Assembly: GCA_963827475.1 (NCBI GenBank) | Contig: CAWHAZ010000004.1 | Location: 64,001-128,000 of the forward strand | Source of the DNA: an uncultured Chloroflexia bacterium | GTDB lineage: Bacteria > Chloroflexota > Limnocylindria > QHBO01 | Length of the DNA: 64,000 nucleotides | Direction of reading: 5' to 3' | Shown: one piece after another, positions 44,616 through 55,575 of the stretch | How the letters are laid out: every line of letters starts with the position of its first letter | Numbering within the stretch: the first letter of the stretch is position 1 | The notes under the pieces: model-generated | Seen by the model: only the letters and a program-made list of their open reading frames with translations | Databases searched by the model: none | What the model was told of the DNA's origin: nothing | Position numbers and translations under genes: made by a program

Positions 44616-45670
44616 CCACCGTCGCCAACGACGCGGGCGAGGTGCGAGCCGCCCGCCTGACCGATCGCCAGGCCCTCGCCGACCTGTCCGGCCAGGTGCA
44701 CGCCGCGGAGGACGCCTACCGCCGCAGCCTGGGCGTGCCGGCCCCGACCGAAAGCCCCGGCATCTCGCTCTCGACCCTCATCCCGTCCTGGCTGCCCCTG
44801 CGGCCGCCATCGGTTCATCTCGTGGCCGAGTCCGACGGCCAGCTCATCGGCTCGTGCCGGGCGATCACCGAGCCGCATCGCGACGACTGGGTGATCATCG
44901 AGCTCGACGCCGCCGACGGTCCGATGGCCGGCGAGGTCCGCTGGGCGATGCTCGAGGCGCTCATCGAGGAGGGCGCGCGACGGAACGTGGCGCGGTACCA
45001 CGTCGCCTGCGCCGACGTCCACGAGAACCTGACCCTGTTCGGGATGGCCGGCTTCATGGCCTACGCGCAGGAGGAGATCCTCTACCGCCCGCCCGAGACT
45101 CCTGGCCGACGGGGCGGTGGCTTCCTGCGACGGCGTCGTCGCTCGGCGGCCCGTCGCGGGGCGAGCCCGACCGAGATCGCGCTGCAGCCGGCCGGCGCCC
45201 CGGACGCGTGGCACCTGTTCGACCTGTGGACCCACTGCACGCCGCCGGCCATCGCCCGGGTCGAGGATTACCACGCCGCGGACTGGGAGTCGGTGGGCCA
45301 CGAGGCGATCGTCCCGCGCTCGAGCCTGAACCCGATCCTCCATTTCGGAGCGACCAGCGCCTGGCTGTACACGGTGAACCAGCGGGCGGGCGGGTTCGTC
45401 CAGCACGGAGCCAGCCGGGTGGGGCCGCACTACCTGCGCTTCCTGATCCGTGACGGGACCGACGGGGAGGGGCTCCTGGCCGCGGCGCTCGCGCGGCTGC
45501 CCGCCGAGGCGATGGCCGCCGGTATGCTTGCCCCGGTGCGAACCTACGAGGCGGCGGGGCTCAGCGCCGCGGCCAGCATCGGCTTCGCCCCGGTCGGGCG
45601 GGTGACGCTCCTCGTGCGCGAGGTGCGGGCCGCGGTTCGCCAGCCGGCGCTCGTGCCCGCCGTCAACTGA
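44612..45670 (+). CDS. Hypothetical protein, possibly tandem GNAT-like fold
   Basis: Two halves each ending in a GF-type motif ([19 protein letters not shown]); [11 protein letters not shown] strand; ATGA overlap with pdxT. Confidence 0.55.
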   Translation: MTTVANDAGEVRAARLTDRQALADLSGQVHAAEDAYRRSLGVPAPTESPGISLSTLIPSWLPLRPPSVHLVAESDGQLIGSCRAITEPHRDDWVIIELDAADGPMAGEVRWAMLEALIEEGARRNVARYHVACADVHENLTLFGMAGFMAYAQEEILYRPPETPGRRGGGFLRRRRRSAARRGASPTEIALQPAGAPDAWHLFDLWTHCTPPAIARVEDYHAADWESVGHEAIVPRSSLNPILHFGATSAWLYTVNQRAGGFVQHGASRVGPHYLRFLIRDGTDGEGLLAAALARLPAEAMAAGMLAPVRTYEAAGLSAAASIGFAPVGRVTLLVREVRAAVRQPALVPAVN

Positions 45671-45684
45671 GCGCCCGACGAAGC

Positions 45685-47421
45685 GTGGAGAAGCGCGTGC
45701 CCCACCTCGAAACGACTGACGACCTCGACGACCTGCTCGAGTCGCTGCCGCCCGAGATCGTCGAGCGCGTCCGCGAGCTCGGCTCCCGGGCCGACCTGCT
45801 CGAGATCGTCCTCGACCTCGGCCGGCGGCCGGAGGCCCGCTTCACGCACAGCGAGGCCGTCCTGCTCGAGCGTGAGGTGACCGAGGCCGACATCGCGTTC
45901 GTGGTGGACCACATCGGCGCCTTCGGCGACGACAACCGCGCCGGCATCGAACGGACCCTGCATCGGATCAGCGCCATCCGGAACCGGGCCGGCAAGGTGG
46001 TGGGCCTGACCTGCCGCATCGGTCGGGCGGTGTTCGGGACGATCGACATCATCCGCGACATCGCCGAGTCGGGGCAGAGCATCCTCATCCTCGGCCGCCC
46101 GGGCGTGGGCAAGACGACCATGCTCCGCGAGGTCGCCCGGGTCCTGGCCGACGACCTCGGCAAGCGCGTGGTCGTGGTCGACACCTCGAACGAGATCGCC
46201 GGCGACGGGGACATCCCGCACCCGGGGATCGGGGACGCCCGACGGATGCAGGTCCGGACCCCGACCGAGCAGCACTCGGTGATGATCGAGGCGGTCGAGA
46301 ACCACATGCCCGAGGTCATCGTCATCGACGAGATCGGGACCGAGCTGGAGGCGGGCGCCGCCCGAACCATCGCCGAGCGGGGCGTGCAGCTGGTGGGCAC
46401 CGCCCACGGCAACACCCTCGACAACCTGATGCTGAACCCGACCCTGTCGGACCTCATCGGCGGCATCCAGACCGTCACCCTCGGCGACGAGGAGGCCCGG
46501 CGGCGGGGGACGCAGAAGAGCGTCCTGGAGCGGAAGGCGCCGCCGACGTTCGACGTGGTGGTCGAGATCGTGGAGCGGGACCGGGTCATCGTCCACCGCA
46601 GCGTGGCCGAGACGGTGGACGCCATCCTGCGCGGCCACATGGTCCCGCCCGAGTCGCGCTGGCGGGACGAGGCGGGTGAGGTTCGAGCGGCGACGAAGTA
46701 CGACTACCGGATCCACGAGGCGACCGCGTACGGGTCGCCCTTCGTCACCGCGGAGCCGGGCGGGGGGCACGGCACCTTCCGGCGGCCCGGCGCGTCCGGT
46801 CTCCAGTCGCTGCCCGGCGGGCGGTCCCGTCCGGTGGCCGAGGCGAGCGAGCCGCGGCGCCAGATCGAGGAGGCGATCGCGGCCTCCGACCGCGGGGCGG
46901 ACGACGGCCAGGGTGAGCCGCGCGCCACGCGGGAAGCGCGGGTCGCCAGCCTCCGACCGATGTCCCTGTTCCCGTACGGGGTCAGCCGCAAGCGCCTGGA
47001 GCAGGCGGTTCGCGAGCTCTCCGTCCCGGTGACCGTGGCCCGCGACCTCGAGGACGCCGATGCGGTCGTGACCCTGCGCACCTACTACCGCCGCAAGCCC
47101 CCCGCCCTGCGCGACGCGGAGGCGGGCGGCACACCCCTGTTCGTGCTGAAGACGAACACCCTGGTCCAGATGGAGTCGATGCTCGCCAACCTGTACGAGC
47201 TGGAGGCCGATCCCCAGGAGGCCGCCCTGCGGGAGACGGCGGAGGCCATCGGCCTGGTCCACGACCACGGCCGGCCGGTCGAGCTGGCCCCACAGAACGC
47301 GTACGTGCGACGCCTCCAGCACCAGATGGCGGAGCAGCACAACCTCATGAGCCGCTCGCGAGGCAGCGAGCCGAACCGACGGGTTCAGCTCCTCCCCGAC
47401 GAGGGGCGCGCCTGGCGCTGA
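45685..47421 (+). CDS. AAA ATPase with R3H domain (Ycf45/SpoIIIAA-like)
   Basis: [44 protein letters not shown] and VRRLQH. Confidence 0.88.
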   Translation: MEKRVPHLETTDDLDDLLESLPPEIVERVRELGSRADLLEIVLDLGRRPEARFTHSEAVLLEREVTEADIAFVVDHIGAFGDDNRAGIERTLHRISAIRNRAGKVVGLTCRIGRAVFGTIDIIRDIAESGQSILILGRPGVGKTTMLREVARVLADDLGKRVVVVDTSNEIAGDGDIPHPGIGDARRMQVRTPTEQHSVMIEAVENHMPEVIVIDEIGTELEAGAARTIAERGVQLVGTAHGNTLDNLMLNPTLSDLIGGIQTVTLGDEEARRRGTQKSVLERKAPPTFDVVVEIVERDRVIVHRSVAETVDAILRGHMVPPESRWRDEAGEVRAATKYDYRIHEATAYGSPFVTAEPGGGHGTFRRPGASGLQSLPGGRSRPVAEASEPRRQIEEAIAASDRGADDGQGEPRATREARVASLRPMSLFPYGVSRKRLEQAVRELSVPVTVARDLEDADAVVTLRTYYRRKPPALRDAEAGGTPLFVLKTNTLVQMESMLANLYELEADPQEAALRETAEAIGLVHDHGRPVELAPQNAYVRRLQHQMAEQHNLMSRSRGSEPNRRVQLLPDEGRAWR

Positions 47422-47428
47422 CCGAGCC

Positions 47429-48073
47429 GTGACCGCGGCGCCCGGCCGCGGCCGGTTCATCACGCTGGAGGGTCCCGAGGGGAGCGGCAAGAGCACGGCC
47501 GCCCGTCACCTCGCCGACTGGCTGGTGACCAAGGGCGTGCGCGCCACGGTGACGGCGGAGCCGGGCGGCACGCGTCTCGGGGAGGAGATTCGCCGCCTCG
47601 TCCTCCACGCCCGCTCGATCTCCGACGACCTCGACCCGCGGGCCGACGCCCTGCTCTTTGCCGCGGGCCGGGCGCAGCACGTCGCGCGCAGGATCCGCCC
47701 CGCCCTGGAATCGGGGGAGTGGGTGGTCTGCGCGCGCTACCTCGACTCGTCGCTCGCCTACCAGGGCGGCGGCTACGGCCTCGACCTCGACACCCTGCGC
47801 ACGCTCCAGGCGTTCGCCACCGACGGCCTGAAGCCGGACCTCACGATCCTGGTCGACGTGCCCGTCGACATCGGCCTGCGACGGAAGCGGAAGGACCGCT
47901 GGAACCGCTTCGAGAGCACGGAGAGTGCCGCGTTCTTCGAGCGGGTGCGGCAGACCTACCTCGACCTGGCCGCCGCGGAGCCGGATCGGTACCGGATCCT
48001 CGACGGCTCCGGATCGGTCGACCAGACCGATGCGGCGATCCGCGCGGTGGTGGCTCCACTCCTGGATCGGTAG
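47429..48073 (+). CDS. tmk: Thymidylate kinase
   Basis: FITLEGPEGSGKST, EPGGT, RYLDSSLAYQG and PDLTILVD. Confidence 0.93.
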   Translation: MTAAPGRGRFITLEGPEGSGKSTAARHLADWLVTKGVRATVTAEPGGTRLGEEIRRLVLHARSISDDLDPRADALLFAAGRAQHVARRIRPALESGEWVVCARYLDSSLAYQGGGYGLDLDTLRTLQAFATDGLKPDLTILVDVPVDIGLRRKRKDRWNRFESTESAAFFERVRQTYLDLAAAEPDRYRILDGSGSVDQTDAAIRAVVAPLLDR

Positions 48074-48088
48074 GGCATACTGAAACCG

Positions 48089-48418
48089 ATGAAGCTGGTC
48101 GCAGCCATCGTCCATTCCGAGGACGCCGGAGCCCTGGTCGACGCCCTCCTCGAGAAGGAGTACCGGACCACCCGGCTCAGCTCGTCGGGCGGCTTCCTGA
48201 AGCAGGGCAACGCCACGATCATCGTCGGCGTCGAGGACGATCAGGTCGATGCGGTGCTCGAGCTCATCAGCGCCAACTGCCACGCCCGCAAGCAGTTCGT
48301 GAACCCCATGCCGCCGATCATGGAGCCGGGCGAGTTCTACATGCCGTACCCGGTCGAGGTCGAGGTCGGCGGGGCCACGGTCTTCGTCCTCCCCGTCGAG
48401 CGCTTCGAGCGCCTCTAG
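48089..48418 (+). CDS. darA: Cyclic di-AMP receptor, PII-like (DarA/PstA)
   Basis: MKLVAAIV, SGGFLKQGNATIIVGV and VEVGGATVFVLPVE; follows tmk as in Firmicutes. Confidence 0.88.
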   Translation: MKLVAAIVHSEDAGALVDALLEKEYRTTRLSSSGGFLKQGNATIIVGVEDDQVDAVLELISANCHARKQFVNPMPPIMEPGEFYMPYPVEVEVGGATVFVLPVERFERL

Positions 48419-48462
48419 CCCGGCAGACCGATGAGTCCGGGGGCGTCGGACGCGGCCGACGA

Positions 48463-49069
48463 ATGACCGGTGCGAGCTGGGTCACCGAGCTCGAGCAGGG
48501 CGCTCCGGACGTGGTCGCCGTCTGGCGGGCGATCGACCCCGACCAGGAGAGCGACGACTACAGCGCCGCACGTGACGACCTCGAGACGCGCTCCGTTCGC
48601 CTGGGAGCCGCCGCCATCCTGGCCCAGCAGGAGGCGGTCGGCCGAGGCCCTGGAGGGCGTCCTGCAGGCGATGCCGGACGACATGCTGCGCGCCCCGGGC
48701 GGCGAGGGGGACTGGAACGTGTCGCAGGCCTTTGCCCACACGACCGGGGCGCGACGCTACCTCCCGGCCGCCGCCGCGATGGCCGCGACGGGGCGGTGGC
48801 CGACCGCCGACCCGCCGCGGGTCACGCCGGGCATCCCCGGACCGGCGGACCTCGACCGCGAGATGCTCATGACCTACCTGAACAAGAGCCGCCGCTCGCA
48901 GGCGGTGTCCGCGGCGGCGATCGCGGGGCACGAGACCGAGCTGTGCCCGATGGACCACCCGCTCATCGGCCATCGCCTGTCGTGCGGGGCGTGGCTCCTG
49001 TTCGCCGGCGTCCACGACCTGATGCATCTCGAGCAGCTCCATGGGCTGCTCGACGCATGGGAGGCATGA
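48463..49069 (+). CDS. DinB/YfiT family protein; indel near 48640
   Basis: WNVSQAFAH and HDLMHLEQL metal-binding His pattern. Confidence 0.7.
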
Positions 49070-50200
49070 CCGCCAGCGAGCGGCCGGCGCCGCTGGTCCT
49101 GATGGGGGCCGCGGCGGATCCCGATGAAGCGGAGTTCGGCTCGTACCGGGCGGTGCTGGGCACCGGCCGGCATCTCCTGGCCGCGGAGCTGAGCCAGCGG
49201 CTGGCTCGGCAGGGCGCGGCCGTCGCAGCGCATCCCGAGGGACGCGACACCCGGCGGATTCCACTGGGGGAGGTGGTACGCGGCCGGGGCTCGCGCCGCG
49301 CTCGACGCGGCTGGGGACCGCGTCGACGCCGTGGGCTGGGTCGGCGCCGGCGCCCTGGCCCTCGTGGCCGACGAGACGCTCGACGCGCTCCTCTCCCCCA
49401 CCGCCGGCGAGGTCGTCGCCAACAACCGGTTCAGCGCCGACGCGTTCGTGGTCGCCGGGGACCTCGTGGCCGCGCTCGGCGCGCTCGCCGGGCTGGGGGC
49501 GGACAACGGTGCGCCGCGCGCCCTGGAGGCCGCCGGCTTCAGCGTCCGCGATGTCGCCGCGTCCCCGTGGTCCCGTTTCGACGTGGACACGCCGCAGGAC
49601 CTCGCCCTGCTGCGCCTGGCCACCCGGCTGCCCGGCACCCGACCCCTCGACCCGGCGCTGGCCGCGTTCCTCGAGGGTGTGCAGCTGCCCGGCGGCCGGC
49701 CGCTGGCCATTCCCCGCGTCGAGGAGCTGCTCGAGGTCCTGCGCAGCCGGAACGCGGAGCTGGTGGTGGCCGGCCGCGTCCCGGCGGCCTCGTTCGCCTA
49801 CCTCGAGGAGCAGGCCGCCTGCCGGGTGCGCCTCTACGCCGAGGAGCGGGGGATGCGGGCCGCGCCCGCGAATCGGCCGCGGTCGCTCCTCGCGGACTGG
49901 GTGACCGAGCACGGAGCCGCTTCGCTGGTCGAGCGGCTGTCCGACCTGGGCAACGCGGCGATCATCGACAGCCGGGTGGTGATGGCCGCCCTCGTCGGCT
50001 CATCGGATCCCGCGGTGTGGCCCGCCGATGAGGATCGGTTCGCCTCCGACTTCGCCGATCCCTCGCGCGTCGAGACCGAATGGCTGCGCGAGCTGACCAC
50101 CGCGGCGGAAGCCGCATCGGTTCCGATCGTGCTCGGCGCTCACACCCTGGTCAGCGACGGCCTTCGTATCCTCACCGACGCCGCCTGGCTGACCAGCTGA
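49066..50200 (+). CDS. Hypothetical protein with a CofC/NTP-transferase-like motif; indel near 49227
   Basis: FHWG, ANNRFSAD and RFDVDTPQDL; ATGA overlap with the dinB-like gene. Confidence 0.55.
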
Positions 50201-50208
50201 AGCGGGGC

Positions 50209-50601
50209 TCAGCCCGCGGCGGGCGGTTCGGCCGGTGGAGACGCCGGGGGAGCGGTCACCACGGGGGACGGCGGCACGGTGGGAACCGGTACGGCCTCGA
50301 GCTTGATCTCGACGCCGCCCGCGAAGCCAGCCACCCAGTTGTAGAGCAGGCACGCGATGGCGGTGAAGATCCAGCCGAAGATGCCGTACAGGGCGGCGGC
50401 GATGGCTCCGAAGATCAGGACGCCGATCGCGCCGACCCCGGCGTCGAATCCGGGCAGGCCGCCCGGCAGATTCGGGGACTGGACCCCGGCGAGCAGCACG
50501 AACACCGCGAAGATCGCGAAGAAGACGAGCGCGGCGAGCGCGTAGATCAGCGCGAGCACGCTCGCCGTGCGCAGGACGCCAAATCGACGAATGCGGACCA
50601 T
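50209..50601 (-). CDS. Small membrane protein (DUF3566-like)
   Basis: IRRFGVL N-terminus, two TMs and LYNWVAGFAGGVEI; GGAGG Shine-Dalgarno. Confidence 0.65.
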   Translation of the reverse strand: MVRIRRFGVLRTASVLALIYALAALVFFAIFAVFVLLAGVQSPNLPGGLPGFDAGVGAIGVLIFGAIAAALYGIFGWIFTAIACLLYNWVAGFAGGVEIKLEAVPVPTVPPSPVVTAPPASPPAEPPAAG

Positions 50602-50738
50602 GGTTCACCTCCTGGCGCCGAGTATGCGCGGCGAGAAGGCGCGCCGGAGGGACTGTCCGAGCACCGGCTGATACACTCTGAGCAGGAGAATCAATGCTGC
50701 GGACCGCTTCGAGTCCGCCCTGATCGAACGAGACGACG

Positions 50739-51098
50739 ATGGACCAAACCGGACTGCTCTACGTCCTGGGTTTCGGCTTCGCCGCGACGACCTTCGTCTT
50801 CGGCACGATCATCTTTTCGTGGCTCGTGTCGCACCGGCGCAAGCAGGCCCAGAAGGGGCTGCCCTACGAGTGCGGGATCGACACCATCGGTGACACCTGG
50901 TCCCGCTTCGGACTGGCGTTCTACCTGTACGCCCTGCTGTTCGTCGCCTTCGACGTCGAGATCATCTTCATCTACCTGTGGGCGATCGTGATCCGCGACA
51001 TCGCGGTCAACGGGATCGTGTTGATGGGCATCTTCCTGGTGGTCCTGATGTATGGCGAGTTCTACGCCTGGAGGAAGGGGGACCTGCAGTGGCGGTAG
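50739..51098 (+). CDS. nuoA: NADH-quinone oxidoreductase subunit A
   Basis: PYECG, FYLYALLFVAFDVE and WRKGDLQW. Confidence 0.95.
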   Translation: MDQTGLLYVLGFGFAATTFVFGTIIFSWLVSHRRKQAQKGLPYECGIDTIGDTWSRFGLAFYLYALLFVAFDVEIIFIYLWAIVIRDIAVNGIVLMGIFLVVLMYGEFYAWRKGDLQWR

Positions 51099-51790
51099 AG
51101 CAGCCGAAGCGCGCCAAAGCGGCCTCGGTCGCCAAGGCGGCCGCCGACCCCAAGGACGCCCCGCCGCCGAGCACCGCGCTCGCCAAGCCGGAGGCCATCG
51201 TCATCCCCGATCCCACGGGCGACGACGACCTCCTGTCCGAGTTCGGGATGGAGGCCCACCCGCGCGGCGGCTTCCACGGCCTGCTGGAGGTCATCCCGAC
51301 CAGGGCGGACTACATCCTCGACCTGATCCGGGCCAACTCCCTGTGGCCGCTCCTGTCGGGGCTGTCGTGCTGCGCCATCGAGATGATGAGCACCGCCACC
51401 CCGATGAACGACATGGACCGCTTCGGGATGTTTCCGATGCGCGCCTCGCCGCGCCAGGCGGACGTCCTGATCGTGGCCGGCACGCTGACGACCAAGATGG
51501 CCGGCCCCCTCGTCCGGCTGTGGGCACAGATGCCCGAGCCGAAGTGGTGCGTGGCGATGGGCACCTGCACGACCAGCGGCGGGCGCTTCAAGCGCTCGTA
51601 CAGCGTGGTCCAGGGCGTGGACCGGGTCATGCCCGTCGACGTCTACGTGCCGGGCTGCCCGCCCCGCCCCGAGGGCCTGATCTACGGAATGATGAAGCTC
51701 CACGAGCTGGTCAAGCAGCGTCGCGGCCAGTGGGACACGTTCGCCGACCGCGGACCGGAGCTCCGTTCCTGGGAAGGAGACGTCCGCTGA
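51089..51790 (+). CDS. nuoB: Complex I subunit B (N2 cluster)
   Basis: LSCCAIEM, SPRQAD, MGTCTTSGG and VPGCPPRPE. Confidence 0.95.
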   Translation: MAVEQPKRAKAASVAKAAADPKDAPPPSTALAKPEAIVIPDPTGDDDLLSEFGMEAHPRGGFHGLLEVIPTRADYILDLIRANSLWPLLSGLSCCAIEMMSTATPMNDMDRFGMFPMRASPRQADVLIVAGTLTTKMAGPLVRLWAQMPEPKWCVAMGTCTTSGGRFKRSYSVVQGVDRVMPVDVYVPGCPPRPEGLIYGMMKLHELVKQRRGQWDTFADRGPELRSWEGDVR

Positions 51791-52365
51791 CCGCTCCCGC
51801 CGCGGCGGGGCCACTCGTCCGGCTGCTCGGTGACAAGCTCGGCGACGCGACGAGCCAGCTGTGGACCGATGAGGACACGGTCGAGGTCCAGGTCCCCGGC
51901 GACAAGATCGTCGAGACCCTTCGGACGCTCCGCGACGACCCCGACTTCGCGTTCTTCTTCCTGGCCGATGCGGCCGCGGTCGACTACGGGGTGGGCGAGC
52001 ACTTCGAGGTCGTCTACCACCTGCACTCCGACAGGCACCCGGTGTGGCTTCGTGTCCGCGTCCCGGTCGACCGCGAGAACCCGCTGACCCCGACCGTCAC
52101 CGGGCTGTGGGAAGGGGCGATGTTCCACGAGCGCGAGATGTACGACATGATGGGCATCGTCTTCCAGGGCAACCGGGACCTGCGCCGGATCTACATGTCG
52201 CCCGACTACCGATCCTTCCCGCAGCGGAAGGATTTCCTGCTCCCCGATGACGCCGCCGACTCCCCGGCTGCCGGCAACATGCCCCTCGAGCGCCCCGAGA
52301 CCTGGGACCTGACCCGGCTCGAGGAAGCGGCCGCCCACCGTGACGAGCCCGGGGGGCCGGTGTGA
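51787..52365 (+). CDS. nuoC: Complex I subunit C, probable CTG start
   Basis: AVDY, FEVVYHL, EREMYDMMGIVF.G, LRRI and PQRKDF; AGGAG lies 7 nt before CTG. Confidence 0.92.
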   Translation: MTAPAAAGPLVRLLGDKLGDATSQLWTDEDTVEVQVPGDKIVETLRTLRDDPDFAFFFLADAAAVDYGVGEHFEVVYHLHSDRHPVWLRVRVPVDRENPLTPTVTGLWEGAMFHEREMYDMMGIVFQGNRDLRRIYMSPDYRSFPQRKDFLLPDDAADSPAAGNMPLERPETWDLTRLEEAAAHRDEPGGPV

Positions 52366-53684
52366 CGACGACGAAGGAACCGCGGGCCCGCAAGCCCCGG
52401 GCCAAGGCTCCGCCGGAGGACGAGGCCGCTCTCCGGGCAGCCGCCGAGGGGCGGATTCCCGACCCGATCGAGCTCGACGCCACGATGACCAGCCCCGCGG
52501 GGACGCGACGCCCGGAGTTCATGGGCTTCGACATCGTCCCGCCGCCCGACCGCCCCCCGCAGACCGAGCGCGAGCGCGAGGTCTACACCCTCGGCGACGG
52601 GGAGATGCTGGTGAACATGGGCCCGCAGCACCCGTCGACCCACGGCGTGATGCGGATCGTGCTCAAGGTCCGCGGCGAGGTCGTCATCGACCTCGACCCG
52701 GTGCTCGGATACCTCCACCGCGGCATCGAGAAGCTGTGCGAGAACGCGACCTACACCACGGTCCTGACCTACGTCGACCCCATGGACTACATGTCGGCGA
52801 TGCACAACGAGCACGCGCCGGCGCTCGCCTTCGAGAAGCTGTACGGGATCAAGGCGCCGCGGCGGGCGGAGTACATCCGGGCCCTGGTGGTGGAGCTGAA
52901 CCGGGTGTTCAGCCACGGCCTGATGATGGGCTTCCTGGCCCTCGACCTCGGCGGCCTGACGCCGATCCTGTACGGGTTCATCAACCGCGACCAGGTCGTG
53001 GACATGCTGTCGGCGATCTCCGGCCAGCGGATGCTGTTCAACTTCTTCCGGGTCGGCGGGGTGAACTTCGACGTGAACGACGAGTTCCTGTCCCGCCTCG
53101 GGAAGTGGCGCGCGGGCGTGCTCGACACGATCGAGATGAACGAGAAGCTGCTCACCGAGAACGAGATCTTCGGGGCCCGGACCAAGAAGATGGGCGTGCT
53201 GACCGGCCAGCAGGCCATCGACCTGGGCGTGTCCGGCCCCAACCTGCGGGCCAGCGGCGTGCCGTTCGACGTCCGCAAGGCCCATCCGTACCCGCCCTAC
53301 CCCGAGCTCGAGTTCGAGGTCATCACCCAGGAAGGCGGCGACACCTACGCGCGGTACATCCAGCGCATCGCGGAGCTGAAGCAGAGCATCCACCTCATCG
53401 ACCAGATCGTCGACCGCATGCCCCACGGCCCGGTCCAGGCCCAGGTGCCGGGCATCATCCGGCCTAGGCCAGGGCGGGCATACGCGGCGGTGGAGTCGCC
53501 CCGGGGGCTGTACAGCGTCTACGCCATCAGCGACGGCGGCCCGAACCCGTATCGGTTCCGCATGCGCGACCCAAGCTTCATCACCCTCCAGGTCATGCCC
53601 AAGGTCATGCCGGGCCGCCTGATCGCCGACACCATGGCGGTGATGGCCAGCCTGGACCCGATCATGGGCGGCGTGGACAAGTAG
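52362..53684 (+). CDS. nuoD: Complex I subunit D
   Basis: NMGPQHPSTHGV, GYLHRGIEK, ELNR..SH, ESPRG and RMRDPSF; no Ni-binding CxxC. Confidence 0.95.
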   Translation: MTTTKEPRARKPRAKAPPEDEAALRAAAEGRIPDPIELDATMTSPAGTRRPEFMGFDIVPPPDRPPQTEREREVYTLGDGEMLVNMGPQHPSTHGVMRIVLKVRGEVVIDLDPVLGYLHRGIEKLCENATYTTVLTYVDPMDYMSAMHNEHAPALAFEKLYGIKAPRRAEYIRALVVELNRVFSHGLMMGFLALDLGGLTPILYGFINRDQVVDMLSAISGQRMLFNFFRVGGVNFDVNDEFLSRLGKWRAGVLDTIEMNEKLLTENEIFGARTKKMGVLTGQQAIDLGVSGPNLRASGVPFDVRKAHPYPPYPELEFEVITQEGGDTYARYIQRIAELKQSIHLIDQIVDRMPHGPVQAQVPGIIRPRPGRAYAAVESPRGLYSVYAISDGGPNPYRFRMRDPSFITLQVMPKVMPGRLIADTMAVMASLDPIMGGVDK

Positions 53685-53702
53685 GCCGGACGAGGCGCCA
53701 CC

Positions 53703-54722
53703 ATGGACCAGGGCATGATCGACCTCATCCTTGGCATCGGCCGCTTCGTGGTCGCCACCACCCTGCTCCTGCTGCTCACGGTGCCGACCGCGTTCATCGT
53801 GATCCAGATGGAGATCAAGATCATCGCCCAGATGCAGCTGCGCTACGGCCCGAACCGGGTCGGGCCGCGGGGCATCTTCCAGAGCACGATCCACGGCTTC
53901 AAGTTCCTGGCCAAGGAGGACCAGACCCCGGATCGGGCGGACGTGCCGACGTTCACGCTGGCGCCGTGGATGGTGTTCATGGCCGCCGCCATGAGCCTGC
54001 TGGTCGTTCCCTTCGCGCCCGGCCTGGTGGCGTTCGACTCGCAGATCGGCGTCATCTACTTCTTCGCCGTCATCGGTCTGTCGGTGGTGGGGCTGCTGAT
54101 CGCCGGCTGGGCCAGCTACAACAAGTACTCGCTGCTCGGCGGGCTGCGGAGCGCGGCCCAGATGGTCAGCTATGAGATCCCGCTGACCCTGTCCATCGTG
54201 GGCGTGGTGGTCCTGACCGGGTCGCTGTCGTTCACCGAGATCGTGGAGTGGCAGCGCGAGCACGGGTGGGCGTTCCTGTGGCAGCTGGTCGGCTTCCCGA
54301 TCTTCCTCATTGCCGCCGCGGCGGAGATCAACCGCGCCCCGTTCGACATGATCGAGGCCGACAGCGAGATCGTCGCCGGCCCGTTCACCGAGTACAGCGG
54401 GATGCGGTTCGGGTTCTTCTTCTTCGCCGAGTACGTGGCCCTGTTCATCATGAGCGCCATCCTGGTCACCCTGTTCCTGGGCGGCTACCTCGCGCCGTGG
54501 CCGTTCCCCGCCACCCTCGACGGCTTCGTCGGAACCCTGTACGGCCTGTTCTGGTTCTTCGTGAAGACGTACTTCTTCGTCTTCGTCGCGGTCTGGGTGC
54601 GGGCCACCCTGCCGCGGGTCCGGGTTGACCAGCTGATGGGCGCGTCGTGGAAGGTGCTGCTCCCGCTGGCCCTCGTCAACCTGTTCCTCACGGCCATCGT
54701 CGTTCTCGCCCTCAACCTGTAA
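53703..54722 (+). CDS. nuoH: Complex I subunit H
   Basis: RYGPNRVGP, KYSLLGGLRSAAQMVSYE, EINRAPFD and EYSGMRF. Confidence 0.95.
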   Translation: MDQGMIDLILGIGRFVVATTLLLLLTVPTAFIVIQMEIKIIAQMQLRYGPNRVGPRGIFQSTIHGFKFLAKEDQTPDRADVPTFTLAPWMVFMAAAMSLLVVPFAPGLVAFDSQIGVIYFFAVIGLSVVGLLIAGWASYNKYSLLGGLRSAAQMVSYEIPLTLSIVGVVVLTGSLSFTEIVEWQREHGWAFLWQLVGFPIFLIAAAAEINRAPFDMIEADSEIVAGPFTEYSGMRFGFFFFAEYVALFIMSAILVTLFLGGYLAPWPFPATLDGFVGTLYGLFWFFVKTYFFVFVAVWVRATLPRVRVDQLMGASWKVLLPLALVNLFLTAIVVLALNL

Positions 54723-54732
54723 GGTTCGACCC

Positions 54733-55575
54733 ATGGCGATACCGGGCTCGGGCATGCTCACCGGCATGGGGGTGACCCTGCGGAACCTGTTCCGGCCCAA
54801 GGTGACGCTGCAGTACCCCGAGGAGCGGCCGCACATCCCCGACCGCTGGCGCGGGCGCCTGGACCTCATCTACGACCCGTTCGGCGAGCACAAATGCGAG
54901 GTCTGCTTCCAGTGCGCCCAGGTCTGCCCGGTCGAGGCCATCGACATGAGCGGGTTCGACAGCGAGGGCAACCGGATCCGATACGGCCTGCCGGAGATCT
55001 ACGACGAGCGGAAGGACCCCAATGCCTACCGTCGGGCCGGCCTGCCCGCTCGCCCGGAGCGCAACGCGGCCCGCTGGCAGGAGGACGTGGACAACGCCTG
55101 GGTCGACTCGGTGATCGACGGCTTCGGCGGCCGGCCCGAGTCGCTGGTCGCGATCTTCGGCGCGGTCCAGGCGAAGTACGGATACCTCCCCGAGCCGGCG
55201 TTGCGCCGGATCAGCGACCGGATGACGATCCACTGGGCCCAGGTCTTCGGCGCCGCCGGCCTGGGCGGGTTCCGGCTCCTGCCCGCCGAGGGCCACCTCG
55301 TGACCGTCTGCTCGTGCGCCGCCTGCCGCTTCGCCGGCGGGGACAGGCTCCTCGCCGCGCTCGAGGAGGAGCTCGGCATCCGGGCGGGCGAGGTGACCGA
55401 TGACGGGTCGTTCACCCTGGAGACCGATGCGAACGTGGGGTCGGGCGCGATCGCGCCGGCGGTCCGCATCGACACCCTGGTCTACGGGCCGCTCTCGGTG
55501 GACGAGGCGCGTCACCTGATCTACGCCCGCCGGGCCGAGGCAAGCCCAGCCGCCTCCGCCCCGGCCCGGGCCTGA
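54733..55575 (+). CDS. Fusion of NuoI N-terminal half and degenerate NuoE
   Basis: VTLQYPEE..RGR..CEVCFQCAQVCP (a single NuoI motif), then VQAKYGYLP..VCSCAAC..TDDGSFTL..AP (NuoE). Confidence 0.85.
   Translation: MAIPGSGMLTGMGVTLRNLFRPKVTLQYPEERPHIPDRWRGRLDLIYDPFGEHKCEVCFQCAQVCPVEAIDMSGFDSEGNRIRYGLPEIYDERKDPNAYRRAGLPARPERNAARWQEDVDNAWVDSVIDGFGGRPESLVAIFGAVQAKYGYLPEPALRRISDRMTIHWAQVFGAAGLGGFRLLPAEGHLVTVCSCAACRFAGGDRLLAALEEELGIRAGEVTDDGSFTLETDANVGSGAIAPAVRIDTLVYGPLSVDEARHLIYARRAEASPAASAPARA

Noticed and set aside
51089-53684. nuoBCD as a group 4 [NiFe]-hydrogenase
   Set aside because: NuoD has no N- or C-terminal CxxC nickel ligands and keeps the quinone-site HPSTHG and Tyr; NuoB has the tandem CC of complex I.
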